Shown: positions 37,571 through 46,210 of the stretch, piece after piece
Layout of the letters: each line of letters starts with the position of its first letter
How positions within the stretch are numbered: position 1 is the stretch's first letter
Assembly (NCBI GenBank): GCA_041737355.1
Contig: JBGSRW010000003.1
Location: 5,332-69,331 of the forward strand
Reading direction: 5' to 3'
Source: Patescibacteria group bacterium
GTDB taxonomy: Bacteria > Patescibacteriota > Patescibacteriia > XYB2-FULL-38-15
Length of the DNA stretch: 64,000 nucleotides
The notes under the pieces: model-generated
What the model saw: the letters and a program-made list of their open reading frames with translations, nothing else
Databases searched by the model: none
Told to the model about the DNA's origin: nothing
Position numbers and translations under genes: made by a program

Positions 37571-38715
37571 TTTGTTTCTGAGAATATTTTTTCTAGACTG
37601 TCTCCCATTTTTTCCAGGCTGTATTTTTCCAAAACTTTTGTCCGGCCATTTTCTCCGAACTGGAGAAGCAAATCATGGTTATGGATCAAATCGTTGATTT
37701 TGTCGGCCAGCTGTTTCGCGTTTCCCGGCTCAACTAAAAATCCATTTATCCCGTAATCGACGACGCTCCGGACACCAGGCAAGTTTGAAGCAACGACCGG
37801 TTTGCCGCAAGAAGCCGCCTCGGTAAGAACAATACCGAAGGCTTCGGAGCGGTCAACCGAGGGCAAAACGACAACCTCGGCTAAATTGTAATATTTGGGT
37901 AATTCCTCGCGGGCAACCGATCCGGCGAAAATAACCTTATCCCTGATTTTAAAATCATCGGCTATTTTTTCATATTGCGGCCGCAAATCTCCATCGCCAA
38001 CCAGCAAAAATTTTGCTTCAGGAACCTGAATTTTCGCCTTAAGAAGTATTTCCACTCCTTTGAAATAATGCGCCCGGTCCAGCCCGCCGACGAAAAGAAC
38101 TATTTTGTCTTCCATATTAAGATTATTCTTGGCAAGAAGATCGGGATCTTTTCCTGACGGAAAAAATCTACCCGTGTCCACCCCAAAAGGCATCTCAAAA
38201 AATTTATTTTGGTCTTTCAAAAAGATTTCTTTAAGATTTGAATTTTTTGCGTAGTCAAAAGAGGAAACGACAATTTTATCGGCCGTCTCCATAATTTTCG
38301 GCATGCAATGTTTCGTATGCCACCGAAAAAATTTCCCCAGCCGCCCTTTGCCGACGACGTCATGATGATAAGTAATAACCAGCTTCGTTGCTTTATGCTG
38401 GTGGCGAAAGAAACAATTTACGACCTCCGCTCCACCAAAAAAAGGATAATGGAGATGAACAACATCAAAATTTTTTAACCGCCAAAAAAGCTGTGGTAAG
38501 AAAGCCGCGTTCCCCCATTTTAAAACCGGCGTAAGTTGGTGGAGATTAAATTTTTCACCAACCGAAGACGAACGACTTGCCATCTGCCGTGGATAGGGAA
38601 CAAAAATAGAAACGTCATGACCCCGCTTGGCGAGTTCTTGCGCCTCCGCCTGGGCGGCCGATCCGATTCCTCCGCGATAAGGGGGAAAGACCGGCGAGAC
38701 AATCGCAATTTTCAT
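37567..38715 (-). CDS. Glycosyltransferase family 4
   Basis: FPPYRGGI, HLHYP, FKG, PSVDRSEAFGIVLTEA. Confidence 0.92.
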   Translation of the reverse strand: MKIAIVSPVFPPYRGGIGSAAQAEAQELAKRGHDVSIFVPYPRQMASRSSSVGEKFNLHQLTPVLKWGNAAFLPQLFWRLKNFDVVHLHYPFFGGAEVVNCFFRHQHKATKLVITYHHDVVGKGRLGKFFRWHTKHCMPKIMETADKIVVSSFDYAKNSNLKEIFLKDQNKFFEMPFGVDTGRFFPSGKDPDLLAKNNLNMEDKIVLFVGGLDRAHYFKGVEILLKAKIQVPEAKFLLVGDGDLRPQYEKIADDFKIRDKVIFAGSVAREELPKYYNLAEVVVLPSVDRSEAFGIVLTEAASCGKPVVASNLPGVRSVVDYGINGFLVEPGNAKQLADKINDLIHNHDLLLQFGENGRTKVLEKYSLEKMGDSLEKIFSETK

Positions 38716-38718
38716 AAA

Positions 38719-39780
38719 TTACCAAAAAATTAAATGCCTTACGGCCCGCCAATAAATATTTAAAACGGGATTAACCAGATATTTTAAAATCGGATTGGCG
38801 ATTTCCTGGAATTCCAGTTTCCCAACAATAAGGCGGGAAATTTCGCGGTCGGAAACCTTCCGAAGTTTGGCTTTTCTCCGTTTATTTTTTATCATCCGAA
38901 TCCAATTCTTGGGATAGAAAAAATATCCGTAGACTTTGATTTTAGTAAAAAACATTCCCCGTAAAAGAGCGTAGGCGAGCATGCCGAGCTCCATCGCAAT
39001 AAAGACGGGAAAAATTAAAAACAGCGTCCCAAGCCGATAATTTTCAAACATTATAATCATCCTGTTCCTTTCCATGTGGTAGAACTGCAAAATACTCCGG
39101 GAAAATTCGTATTTATGCCACATTTTCGACTTTGGGGCGAGTAAAATTTTGTAACCAGCCTGCCTTATTCTCCAAGACAAATCCGTGTCCTCGTGGTACA
39201 TAAAAAACTCCGGGTCAAACAACCCAACCTCGCGTAATACTTTCACCGGATAAAGCACCGACGCTCCGGAAGCGTAAAAAAATGATTTTAAGTTTTTAGT
39301 TTTTAGTTTTGAAATATTTTCCCCATACCCATCGCAAAAACCAAATCCTAAAAAATGCAATTGATTTCCCAATGAATTTATTTTATCCTTTTCTGGATGA
39401 AGTAATATCAGGGATTGAACCGCTCCGGCTCCGGGGTTGTTTTCCGCGGCGGCGACAAGCTCGGAAAGCCAGTCCGGATCGGCCAAGGTATCCATATTAA
39501 AAAGAACTATGTAATCATAGTTCGCCAAAAAAGCTTTCCGCATGGCAAGATTGTTACCCTCGGCAAAGCCTTCGTTGTTTTGATTTGGTATAACTTCCGC
39601 TTCGGGCGCCGTCGTTTTAAAATATTCTTGCGTCTCGAGAGAAGTCTCATTATCAACTATAAAAACCTTAAAGCTATCTTTTGGATAGCTTTGTTTCCTG
39701 ATACTCGCGATACAATCGTCTAAATATTTTCTCGCGTAGTCTTTGTAGTTGATTAAAACAACTGCAACCTTGGGAATCAT
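38719..39780 (-). CDS. Glycosyltransferase family 2 (rhamnosyltransferase-like)
   Basis: VDN, NEGFAEGNN, FNMD, SGAS, FFMYHEDTDLSWR. Confidence 0.9.
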   Translation of the reverse strand: MIPKVAVVLINYKDYARKYLDDCIASIRKQSYPKDSFKVFIVDNETSLETQEYFKTTAPEAEVIPNQNNEGFAEGNNLAMRKAFLANYDYIVLFNMDTLADPDWLSELVAAAENNPGAGAVQSLILLHPEKDKINSLGNQLHFLGFGFCDGYGENISKLKTKNLKSFFYASGASVLYPVKVLREVGLFDPEFFMYHEDTDLSWRIRQAGYKILLAPKSKMWHKYEFSRSILQFYHMERNRMIIMFENYRLGTLFLIFPVFIAMELGMLAYALLRGMFFTKIKVYGYFFYPKNWIRMIKNKRRKAKLRKVSDREISRLIVGKLEFQEIANPILKYLVNPVLNIYWRAVRHLIFW

Positions 39781-39785
39781 ATTTT

Positions 39786-40154
39786 TTATTTACCGGCCGG
39801 ATTGTTCCCGTTGTCCGTCTCCGGAAATTTCTCTTCTTTTCCGGAAACGGCTACCTGCCTGACTATTTTTGTTATATTCCTTTCAATTTTCTCAATTTTA
39901 ACGGTAATCTGAAAAATAATATAAAAAATCAGAACAATCGAAAGGTAAACGACCAAATCAGCGCCACGGCCTACTCCAACCATTCTGGCCATAAAGCTTG
40001 TCGTCTCGGGGACAAGAACGATGGCTCCGACTACGAGCCAAAAACCCATCCAAAAAATCGCATCGCGGAAGGCGAGGAAACCCTGCCTCCATTTAATAAT
40101 TACCCGATAAATAATCAGGAGGACTAAGATGACTAAAAAGTACTGTATGAACAT
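39786..40154 (-). CDS. DUF2304 family membrane protein
   Basis: GVGRGADLVVY...KIEKIERNITKIVR; follows a DPM-synthase-like GT2, the usual context for this family. Confidence 0.85.
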   Translation of the reverse strand: MFIQYFLVILVLLIIYRVIIKWRQGFLAFRDAIFWMGFWLVVGAIVLVPETTSFMARMVGVGRGADLVVYLSIVLIFYIIFQITVKIEKIERNITKIVRQVAVSGKEEKFPETDNGNNPAGK

Positions 40155-40167
40155 AGATTTTGCGGCG

Positions 40168-40833
40168 CTATTTTACGGCGCGGCCTAAAAATAAATCAAA
40201 TAATATTTTTAAATAATCTGGCAATTTTTGCCCTCTTCTTACTTTTTGCGAAAAATACTTCACGGTCACGGGAACCTCCTTGTAACGCAGGCGGTGTTCG
40301 GAAATTTTATCCAGGATCTCCGAAGCATGAGCCATCCGATTTTGCTTAATCTCTATTTTCTCGGCCGCGGCACGGGAAAAAGCCCGGAAGCCGTTGTGCG
40401 TGTCGGAAAGCGGCAATCCGGAAGTTATTCTTGTCAAAAAAACCGCGCCGCCTAAAAATATTTTTTTGGAAAAAGGAATTTCCGACTTCAGAAAACGGCT
40501 GCCCAAAACTACATCCGCCTGATTATTTATAATTGGTTTTGTAACATTTAAAATTTCTTCCGGAACGAATTGGCCGTCCGCATCATAGGTAACAACAATG
40601 TCCGCCCCGGAAAGAAGCGCAGCCGTCTTCCCTGTTTCAAGCGCCGCGCCCTGGCCGCGGTTGAGAAAATGAGATATGACCAAAGCTCCCGCCTCTTCGG
40701 CAAATAACGCGGTTTGGTCGGTCGATCCGTCGTTAACGACAATTACTTCGTTAACATATTTTTTAACTTCGGAGACAACCAAACCAATAGTTTTCCCTTC
40801 GTTGTAGGCCGGAATTACAGCGACAACTTTCAT
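40168..40833 (-). CDS. GT2 polyprenol-phosphate glycosyltransferase (DPM1-like)
   Basis: VIPAYNE, VNDGSTD, NRGQGAAL, DADGQ, GSRF, DTHNGFRAF. Confidence 0.9.
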   Translation of the reverse strand: MKVVAVIPAYNEGKTIGLVVSEVKKYVNEVIVVNDGSTDQTALFAEEAGALVISHFLNRGQGAALETGKTAALLSGADIVVTYDADGQFVPEEILNVTKPIINNQADVVLGSRFLKSEIPFSKKIFLGGAVFLTRITSGLPLSDTHNGFRAFSRAAAEKIEIKQNRMAHASEILDKISEHRLRYKEVPVTVKYFSQKVRRGQKLPDYLKILFDLFLGRAVK

Positions 40834-40848
40834 AAGGCTTATTACGGA

Positions 40849-41886
40849 TTATTTAAGTCTTCCATCTTCGGTTTCCCCCGACCTCAAAAGAGGTTTGTAG
40901 GCTCGGGTATAGTCAATCGCTTTTTGCAATCCATCTTCAAGACGAACAAGCGGAACCCATCCTAAAATTTCCCGCGCCCGGCTCGTATCGGGAAGACCAA
41001 GCGGGGTCATAAAAAGAAGCGGGTCGGCAAAAACTATTTTTGATTCCGATTCCGTCATTTCAATAATTTTTTTCGCTACATCAACCAATCTTAAATCTTC
41101 GCTGCTGCCAAGATTAACCGGACCGATATCAGCCGGAGCAGCCATCAATTTAATAAGGCCGGAAACAATATCGTCGACATAGCAAAGCGAAGTGGAAAAA
41201 TTTTCATCGCCGTAAATAATCAGATCTTTGCCGTCAATCGCGTCGATAATAAAGTCCGGGACCATCTCTCCGTCAAACAACCTTTCGCGCGGGCCGTAGG
41301 TCCTGAAAATTCTGGCGATCTTCGCGTCGAGCCCGTGAACTTCACGATAAGTGTTGACCATTGTTTCAGCGAATCTCTTTCCCTCGTCGTAGCAGCCGCG
41401 TGGCGTCAGATGATTAACGCAGCCGGTCTCGTCTTCCTGGAAAACGGTACGTTCAGCGGTCCGCGGTCCGTACACTACGGCGGAAGAAATATGAACAATC
41501 TTGGCTTTGTATTTGGCGGCAAGATCAAGAACGTTTTTCATTCCGACTGAATTGGCCTCGAGCGTCGCCGTTTTAAATTTATCAAAACCTTTCGCCGAAG
41601 TCGGACAGGCAAGATGGTATATTTCCTGAATACCCTGAAACTTTATTTTAAATCGCTCGAGCTCCGGCATATTCTCAAGATCAACCGGCTGGCAAATATC
41701 CTGGCGCACGAAAGCGAAATCGGGATGCTGGAGCAAAAAATCTATGTTGGAAACGCTGCCTGTCGAAAAATTATCAAGACAAATAACGCGGTTATTTTTT
41801 ATTAATTTTTCGCAAAGATGCGAACCAACAAAACCCGCTCCTCCGGTAATCAAAATGTTGTTTTTCTCAAAAATAGTTTTAGCCAT
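40849..41886 (-). CDS. UDP-glucuronate decarboxylase (UXS)-like NAD-dependent epimerase/dehydratase
   Basis: TGGAGFVGSHLC, IYHLACP, PRGCYDEGKRFAE, IARIFRTYGPR. Confidence 0.85.
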   Translation of the reverse strand: MAKTIFEKNNILITGGAGFVGSHLCEKLIKNNRVICLDNFSTGSVSNIDFLLQHPDFAFVRQDICQPVDLENMPELERFKIKFQGIQEIYHLACPTSAKGFDKFKTATLEANSVGMKNVLDLAAKYKAKIVHISSAVVYGPRTAERTVFQEDETGCVNHLTPRGCYDEGKRFAETMVNTYREVHGLDAKIARIFRTYGPRERLFDGEMVPDFIIDAIDGKDLIIYGDENFSTSLCYVDDIVSGLIKLMAAPADIGPVNLGSSEDLRLVDVAKKIIEMTESESKIVFADPLLFMTPLGLPDTSRAREILGWVPLVRLEDGLQKAIDYTRAYKPLLRSGETEDGRLK

Positions 41887-41906
41887 ATTATACTGATACT
41901 AATTAA

Positions 41907-44129
41907 TTATCTTATCACTCCGAGAGAAACTCCGCCCTTAAAATCCTGTCCGAAAGCATAAAATTCATTCCGCAAAATTCCCTTACCGCTATATACTTTC
42001 AGATGCGACCCCCCGCCCGGCCCGACGCCAACTAAAAGTTCGGAAACTCTGTCCCCGTCCAAATCTCCAACTGCCAAATTTACCCCTCCGCTAAAATCGG
42101 CAAACGCATCAAATTTTAATTTTAAAGTTAAGTATTGCCCATAAACACGCACTTCGCTGCCACCATTCATTTTTCCGACAGCAATCTCGGCAACCTTATC
42201 GCCGTCCAGGTCGCCGGAAGAAATCCTTACTCCGTCTTTGAAATTATTTTCAAAGGCCAAAAATTGCGTATTCAAATTTCCTTTGGAATCAAAAACTTTT
42301 ACTGCTGACTCCATGCCTCTGCCCGGCGAAACAATAATATCAGTCTTGCCATTGCCGTCAACATCGCCAACCGCGACATTAACTCCGCCGCGAAAAGTTG
42401 CCGGGTATGCCATGAAACCGCCAAGAACAGTTCCGTCCTGCCGGAAAATACGGACATGCGGACCGCCACCAGGTCCGGCGCCGGTCACAATCTCGCTCTT
42501 ACCGTCGCCGTCAATATCACCAGCCGCGACATTAACTCCACCGCGAAAAGCTTTACCATACGCCATAAAACCGCTGATTGCCGTTCCATCCTGCCGGAAA
42601 ATGCGGACATGCGGACCGCCACCAGGTCCGGCGCCGGTCACAATCTCTCCTGCCCCATCTCCGTTTACGTCGGCCGAAACAACGTTAACACCGCCCCGAA
42701 ATGCTTCTGGATAAACCATGAAACTTTTTACAAAGGTCGAATTTTCCTTAAAAATCTTTACCTCCGGTTTGACAACGGAAACCGGGGCAACCAAAATATC
42801 TCCTTTACGCAGAGAAAACTGAGAACTTTCTACCGTAAGATAAGCTGCCTCAACAACTCTTACCATGTTCAGGCGTCCTTTACCGAGCTTGCCTTCATAA
42901 TCGGGATTATTAACATCAATATTATCTGAATTGACCGTTAACAAATTTCTGACTTCGGTAACCCCCAAATTACGGTTAATGGATTTGATCAAAGCAACGG
43001 TTCCCGAGACAAGCGGTGCGGCTACCGAAGAACCGGACCAGCCGCCGCTGTAATATTCTTCGAAGTCTGCCATGCCCGGATTATAAGCAACCGTACTCCA
43101 AAAATCAACGCCTGGCGCAGAAACATCTACACATTTTGTCCCGTAATTTGAAAACGGCGCTTTTCTATCTTCTTTGTCGGTAGCGGCAACTCCGATGACA
43201 ATATTTTCTCCTTCGCCGCCGTAATAGCAGACCGGATACTGCGGCTCGATGTCCAAATCCTGGCCAACCCCACTTTGATTGCCGATTGCTGCGACAACAA
43301 CTACGCCGGCTTTGTAGGCCCGCTCGAGAGCCAAAAATAAACTTTTGCTAAAACCCGAACCGATAAAACTTAAATTAATTACATCGGCCCCTTTTTCTAC
43401 CGCATAATCAATGCCTTCAATAACCGTTAGGACATCGCCTGATCCGGCCGAGTCAAGTACGCGGATCGGCATTATTTTTGTTCCCCAGGCCGCCCCGGCA
43501 ATACCGCGCGAATTGTTTCCGACTGCGCCAACAATCCCGGCGATAATTGTCCCGTGGTCAATACCCTCCTTGGTATACCACCATTCCTTAAAATCAGGGC
43601 GCGGATTATCGTCACCGGCGACAAAATCCCAGCCGTTCGTATCGTCAACGTAAATATTTCCGTCATTATCAACTCCGTCATTGGGAATTTCTCCGCGATT
43701 AATCCAAATATTGTCTTTCAAGTCAGGGTGATCAATGTCCACGCCGGTATCCAAAACAGCAACAACCACATCTGCCGATCCGGAAGTTTTTGCCCAAGCC
43801 TCATGAGCCCTGACTCTGTCCAAATACCATTGTTTTTCAAGATACGGATCGTTCAAAGCAATCGTTGTTTCGGTTTTGATTAAATAATTCGGCTCGGCAA
43901 ATTCAACAGCCGGGCTATCGGACAATTCTTTTACTTTTTGGCTTACGTTTTCCCATGGCGACAAAATAATTTTCTCCACTCCCTCGACGCCCTTATGTTT
44001 AACTAAAATTTCCCCTATCCGGTAAGCTTTATCGGAACGCAAATCAAAACCAGCACCGGAGGCCGCCATCGGAGCTAAATTAAAAATTGCCAAGCTTAAT
44101 ACTATGACTAGGCTTATTTTTCTGCTCAT
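41907..44129 (-). CDS. Secreted subtilisin-like S8 serine peptidase with C-terminal FG-GAP repeats
   Basis: Signal peptide; catalytic triad VLDTG / DHGT / GSSVAAP; repeats FRGGVNVA.GD.DGDG..EIVTGAGPGGGPHVRIF. Confidence 0.93.
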   Translation of the reverse strand: MSRKISLVIVLSLAIFNLAPMAASGAGFDLRSDKAYRIGEILVKHKGVEGVEKIILSPWENVSQKVKELSDSPAVEFAEPNYLIKTETTIALNDPYLEKQWYLDRVRAHEAWAKTSGSADVVVAVLDTGVDIDHPDLKDNIWINRGEIPNDGVDNDGNIYVDDTNGWDFVAGDDNPRPDFKEWWYTKEGIDHGTIIAGIVGAVGNNSRGIAGAAWGTKIMPIRVLDSAGSGDVLTVIEGIDYAVEKGADVINLSFIGSGFSKSLFLALERAYKAGVVVVAAIGNQSGVGQDLDIEPQYPVCYYGGEGENIVIGVAATDKEDRKAPFSNYGTKCVDVSAPGVDFWSTVAYNPGMADFEEYYSGGWSGSSVAAPLVSGTVALIKSINRNLGVTEVRNLLTVNSDNIDVNNPDYEGKLGKGRLNMVRVVEAAYLTVESSQFSLRKGDILVAPVSVVKPEVKIFKENSTFVKSFMVYPEAFRGGVNVVSADVNGDGAGEIVTGAGPGGGPHVRIFRQDGTAISGFMAYGKAFRGGVNVAAGDIDGDGKSEIVTGAGPGGGPHVRIFRQDGTVLGGFMAYPATFRGGVNVAVGDVDGNGKTDIIVSPGRGMESAVKVFDSKGNLNTQFLAFENNFKDGVRISSGDLDGDKVAEIAVGKMNGGSEVRVYGQYLTLKLKFDAFADFSGGVNLAVGDLDGDRVSELLVGVGPGGGSHLKVYSGKGILRNEFYAFGQDFKGGVSLGVIR
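42365..42700. repeat. 153-nt-period FG-GAP coding repeats
   Basis: A 44-nt identical block at 42451-42494 and 42604-42647, with further near-identical flanks. Confidence 0.9.
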
Positions 44130-44138
44130 ATTTTAATA

Positions 44139-44167
44139 ATTATAGCACTGCTCTTCCTAAAAGACAA
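44139..44167 (-). promoter_or_regulatory. Sigma70 promoter of the S8 peptidase
   Basis: Reverse complement TTGTCT-N17-TATAAT. Confidence 0.65.
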
Positions 44168-44169
44168 AC

Positions 44170-44204
44170 GAAAAATGGGCAAGAATATTTCCTGCCCATT
44201 TTTC
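44170..44204 (-). terminator. Terminator after the 630-aa surface protein
   Basis: GAAAAATGGGCA / TGCCCATTTTTC inverted repeat. Confidence 0.8.
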
Positions 44205-44232
44205 TCTTTGAATAGAGCAAATCCTGGATTTG

Positions 44233-46125
44233 TTACCTGATTGTATCGCTAATTGTCCGCGACGAGGCTTCAACTGAGGCCTTGCTATAATCGGACGACG
44301 AATTTATATTTGCGCCGCCCTCAATATAGTTTGTCCGGAAAACTTCCGGCACGGCAATAATCTTTTTTTCCCAATCAGCGCCGTAAAGCGCCGAGGCCGC
44401 GCTGGCGGAGGTTACCCAGCGCAACTGGCTACTGGCCTCAAGGGCATAAATTTTGGGATCCAAAACGCGGAAGGGAGTATCCATGCTGACGAATTGGACA
44501 AGATATGTGCCGGGCTTAGCGATAACGTTTCCCCCCAGGGGCGCTGACGTCACGGTTTCGTGGCTTACCGTTTTAATACCGGAAAACCCCGAATACCATG
44601 AAAAATAAATTGCCTGAGTCGGAAAAACATGCCGCTTTCCGTCTGTCCCGTAATAATAAACCGCCGTGCTGCCGCTTTCTTTAAAAAGATCGCCGTAGAC
44701 CAATCCGCTGGGCGGCGTGACGGCCGTAAAAGTCACTGTCGCAGTTTGAGTTATGGCCGTACTGTCAACGGTAGCTGTGAAAATCGATGTCCCGGCCGTG
44801 CCGGACCTTACCTGCAAAGTCGCCTGGCCTGAAGAATTTGTAATGCTGCCTCCTGATACCGAAGAAACCGTATCAGTGCTGCCCCGGCTAGAAGTCAAAA
44901 CTACGGTTTTCCCGGAAAGAGGATTGTCCGAGGCGTCGCGGACGGTCACGGAAACCGTCGCGTAAGAACTATTATCCGCCGATACCGAAGATGGCGTAAC
45001 GTAGACGCTTGACCTTGAAGCGGAAACCGGACCGGGTGTCGGTGTTGTTGAAGTAAAAGTCACGGTAGCGGTTTCGGCAATGACCGTGCTGCCGGTTGTG
45101 GCTGTAAAAACAGAACTCCCCGCGGTGTTGGAATGAACTTGGAAATAAGCCTTGCCGTCGGAACCGGTTGTCCCTGTCATACTTACAATTGTATCTATAG
45201 CCCCCCTGGTTGAAGAAAGCGTGACCACTCTTCCGGAGAGCGGGCTGCCCGAAGAATTTTTTATTGTAGCCGTAATAACTGAAATCGACGAACCGTCGGC
45301 GACAACAGAAACCGGTGAAGCCGAAACAGTTGACTGGCTGGCGGAAACTGTCAGAGCCGGATCGGTCGTTGTCCTAAAACTCCAAGGATTACTCACGGCT
45401 GGCGAGATGCCGGTAGAAACCAAATATCCAATCTTATCTTCCCCCGTTGCCGTAACTGTCACATTGGTATCGTAAGGGAGAGTCAGCAATCTTGACCGAG
45501 TCACTGCGTTGCCACTCCACGACGGCGGGCCCCAGCTGCCGGATGAAATAGATATGCTCACCGTTCCGGTATTCATCGGCTCGGAAAAAGTTACTCTAAC
45601 AAATGACGACGTCACGCTCACTCCGGTTGCCCCGGCGGTTGGCACGGTTGAAAGAATAACCGGCGAAGCATTGTCGTCAACATTAACTAGGGTCTGATCA
45701 GGAGCCGCCACGCCCAATACCATGACACTGCCCAAAGTTCCCTGATTGGTATAATCAATATCCGCAGGAACAAAAGTTCCCGGATAACCGGTCTCGCCCG
45801 TGTTGCCGGAAACAAGAAGATAAAAATAATTTGTTGAACCATCACAGTTTGCATCAGATCCGGAGCCGTTTAATCTTCCTGTCGGAGCGGACAACCCGAT
45901 GCTTCCGCCGCCGATAACCCAATCACCAGCCTCGAATTGGCAACTTGTGACATTAAGGTCAAAAGTCACCTTAAGGCGGTCAATCGTGCCGTTGTGGTCA
46001 GCGTCCGAAAAAGCGGCGGACACTAAAGTTGGTGTCCAAGCCAAGGCCACCTGCGGTAATGCCAAACTGAATCCGCTCATTGCCAAAATGGTTGCCACAA
46101 CGAGAAAAATTCTAATTTTTTTCAT
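44233..46125 (-). CDS. Secreted Ig-like surface protein (Big_5-like, 2x Big_1/invasin-like, C-terminal shared domain)
   Basis: Signal peptide; DADHNGTID; TFSEPMN...WSF; two VSAS.S...ADG/ADN...G.A.F repeats; C-terminal GDLFK..AVYYYGTDGKRHVFP domain. Confidence 0.85.
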   Translation of the reverse strand: MKKIRIFLVVATILAMSGFSLALPQVALAWTPTLVSAAFSDADHNGTIDRLKVTFDLNVTSCQFEAGDWVIGGGSIGLSAPTGRLNGSGSDANCDGSTNYFYLLVSGNTGETGYPGTFVPADIDYTNQGTLGSVMVLGVAAPDQTLVNVDDNASPVILSTVPTAGATGVSVTSSFVRVTFSEPMNTGTVSISISSGSWGPPSWSGNAVTRSRLLTLPYDTNVTVTATGEDKIGYLVSTGISPAVSNPWSFRTTTDPALTVSASQSTVSASPVSVVADGSSISVITATIKNSSGSPLSGRVVTLSSTRGAIDTIVSMTGTTGSDGKAYFQVHSNTAGSSVFTATTGSTVIAETATVTFTSTTPTPGPVSASRSSVYVTPSSVSADNSSYATVSVTVRDASDNPLSGKTVVLTSSRGSTDTVSSVSGGSITNSSGQATLQVRSGTAGTSIFTATVDSTAITQTATVTFTAVTPPSGLVYGDLFKESGSTAVYYYGTDGKRHVFPTQAIYFSWYSGFSGIKTVSHETVTSAPLGGNVIAKPGTYLVQFVSMDTPFRVLDPKIYALEASSQLRWVTSASAASALYGADWEKKIIAVPEVFRTNYIEGGANINSSSDYSKASVEASSRTISDTIR

Positions 46126-46210
46126 AGATTTATTTAATTTATGAATTAATTATACTTTTCACTCCACTTACTAATATAACGATAACTGAGCCAAAATCTT
46201 TCAAAGACTT

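Noticed and set aside
42365-42700. CRISPR-like repeats
   Set aside because: The 153-nt period is in frame and encodes FG-GAP repeats; no unique spacers or cas genes.
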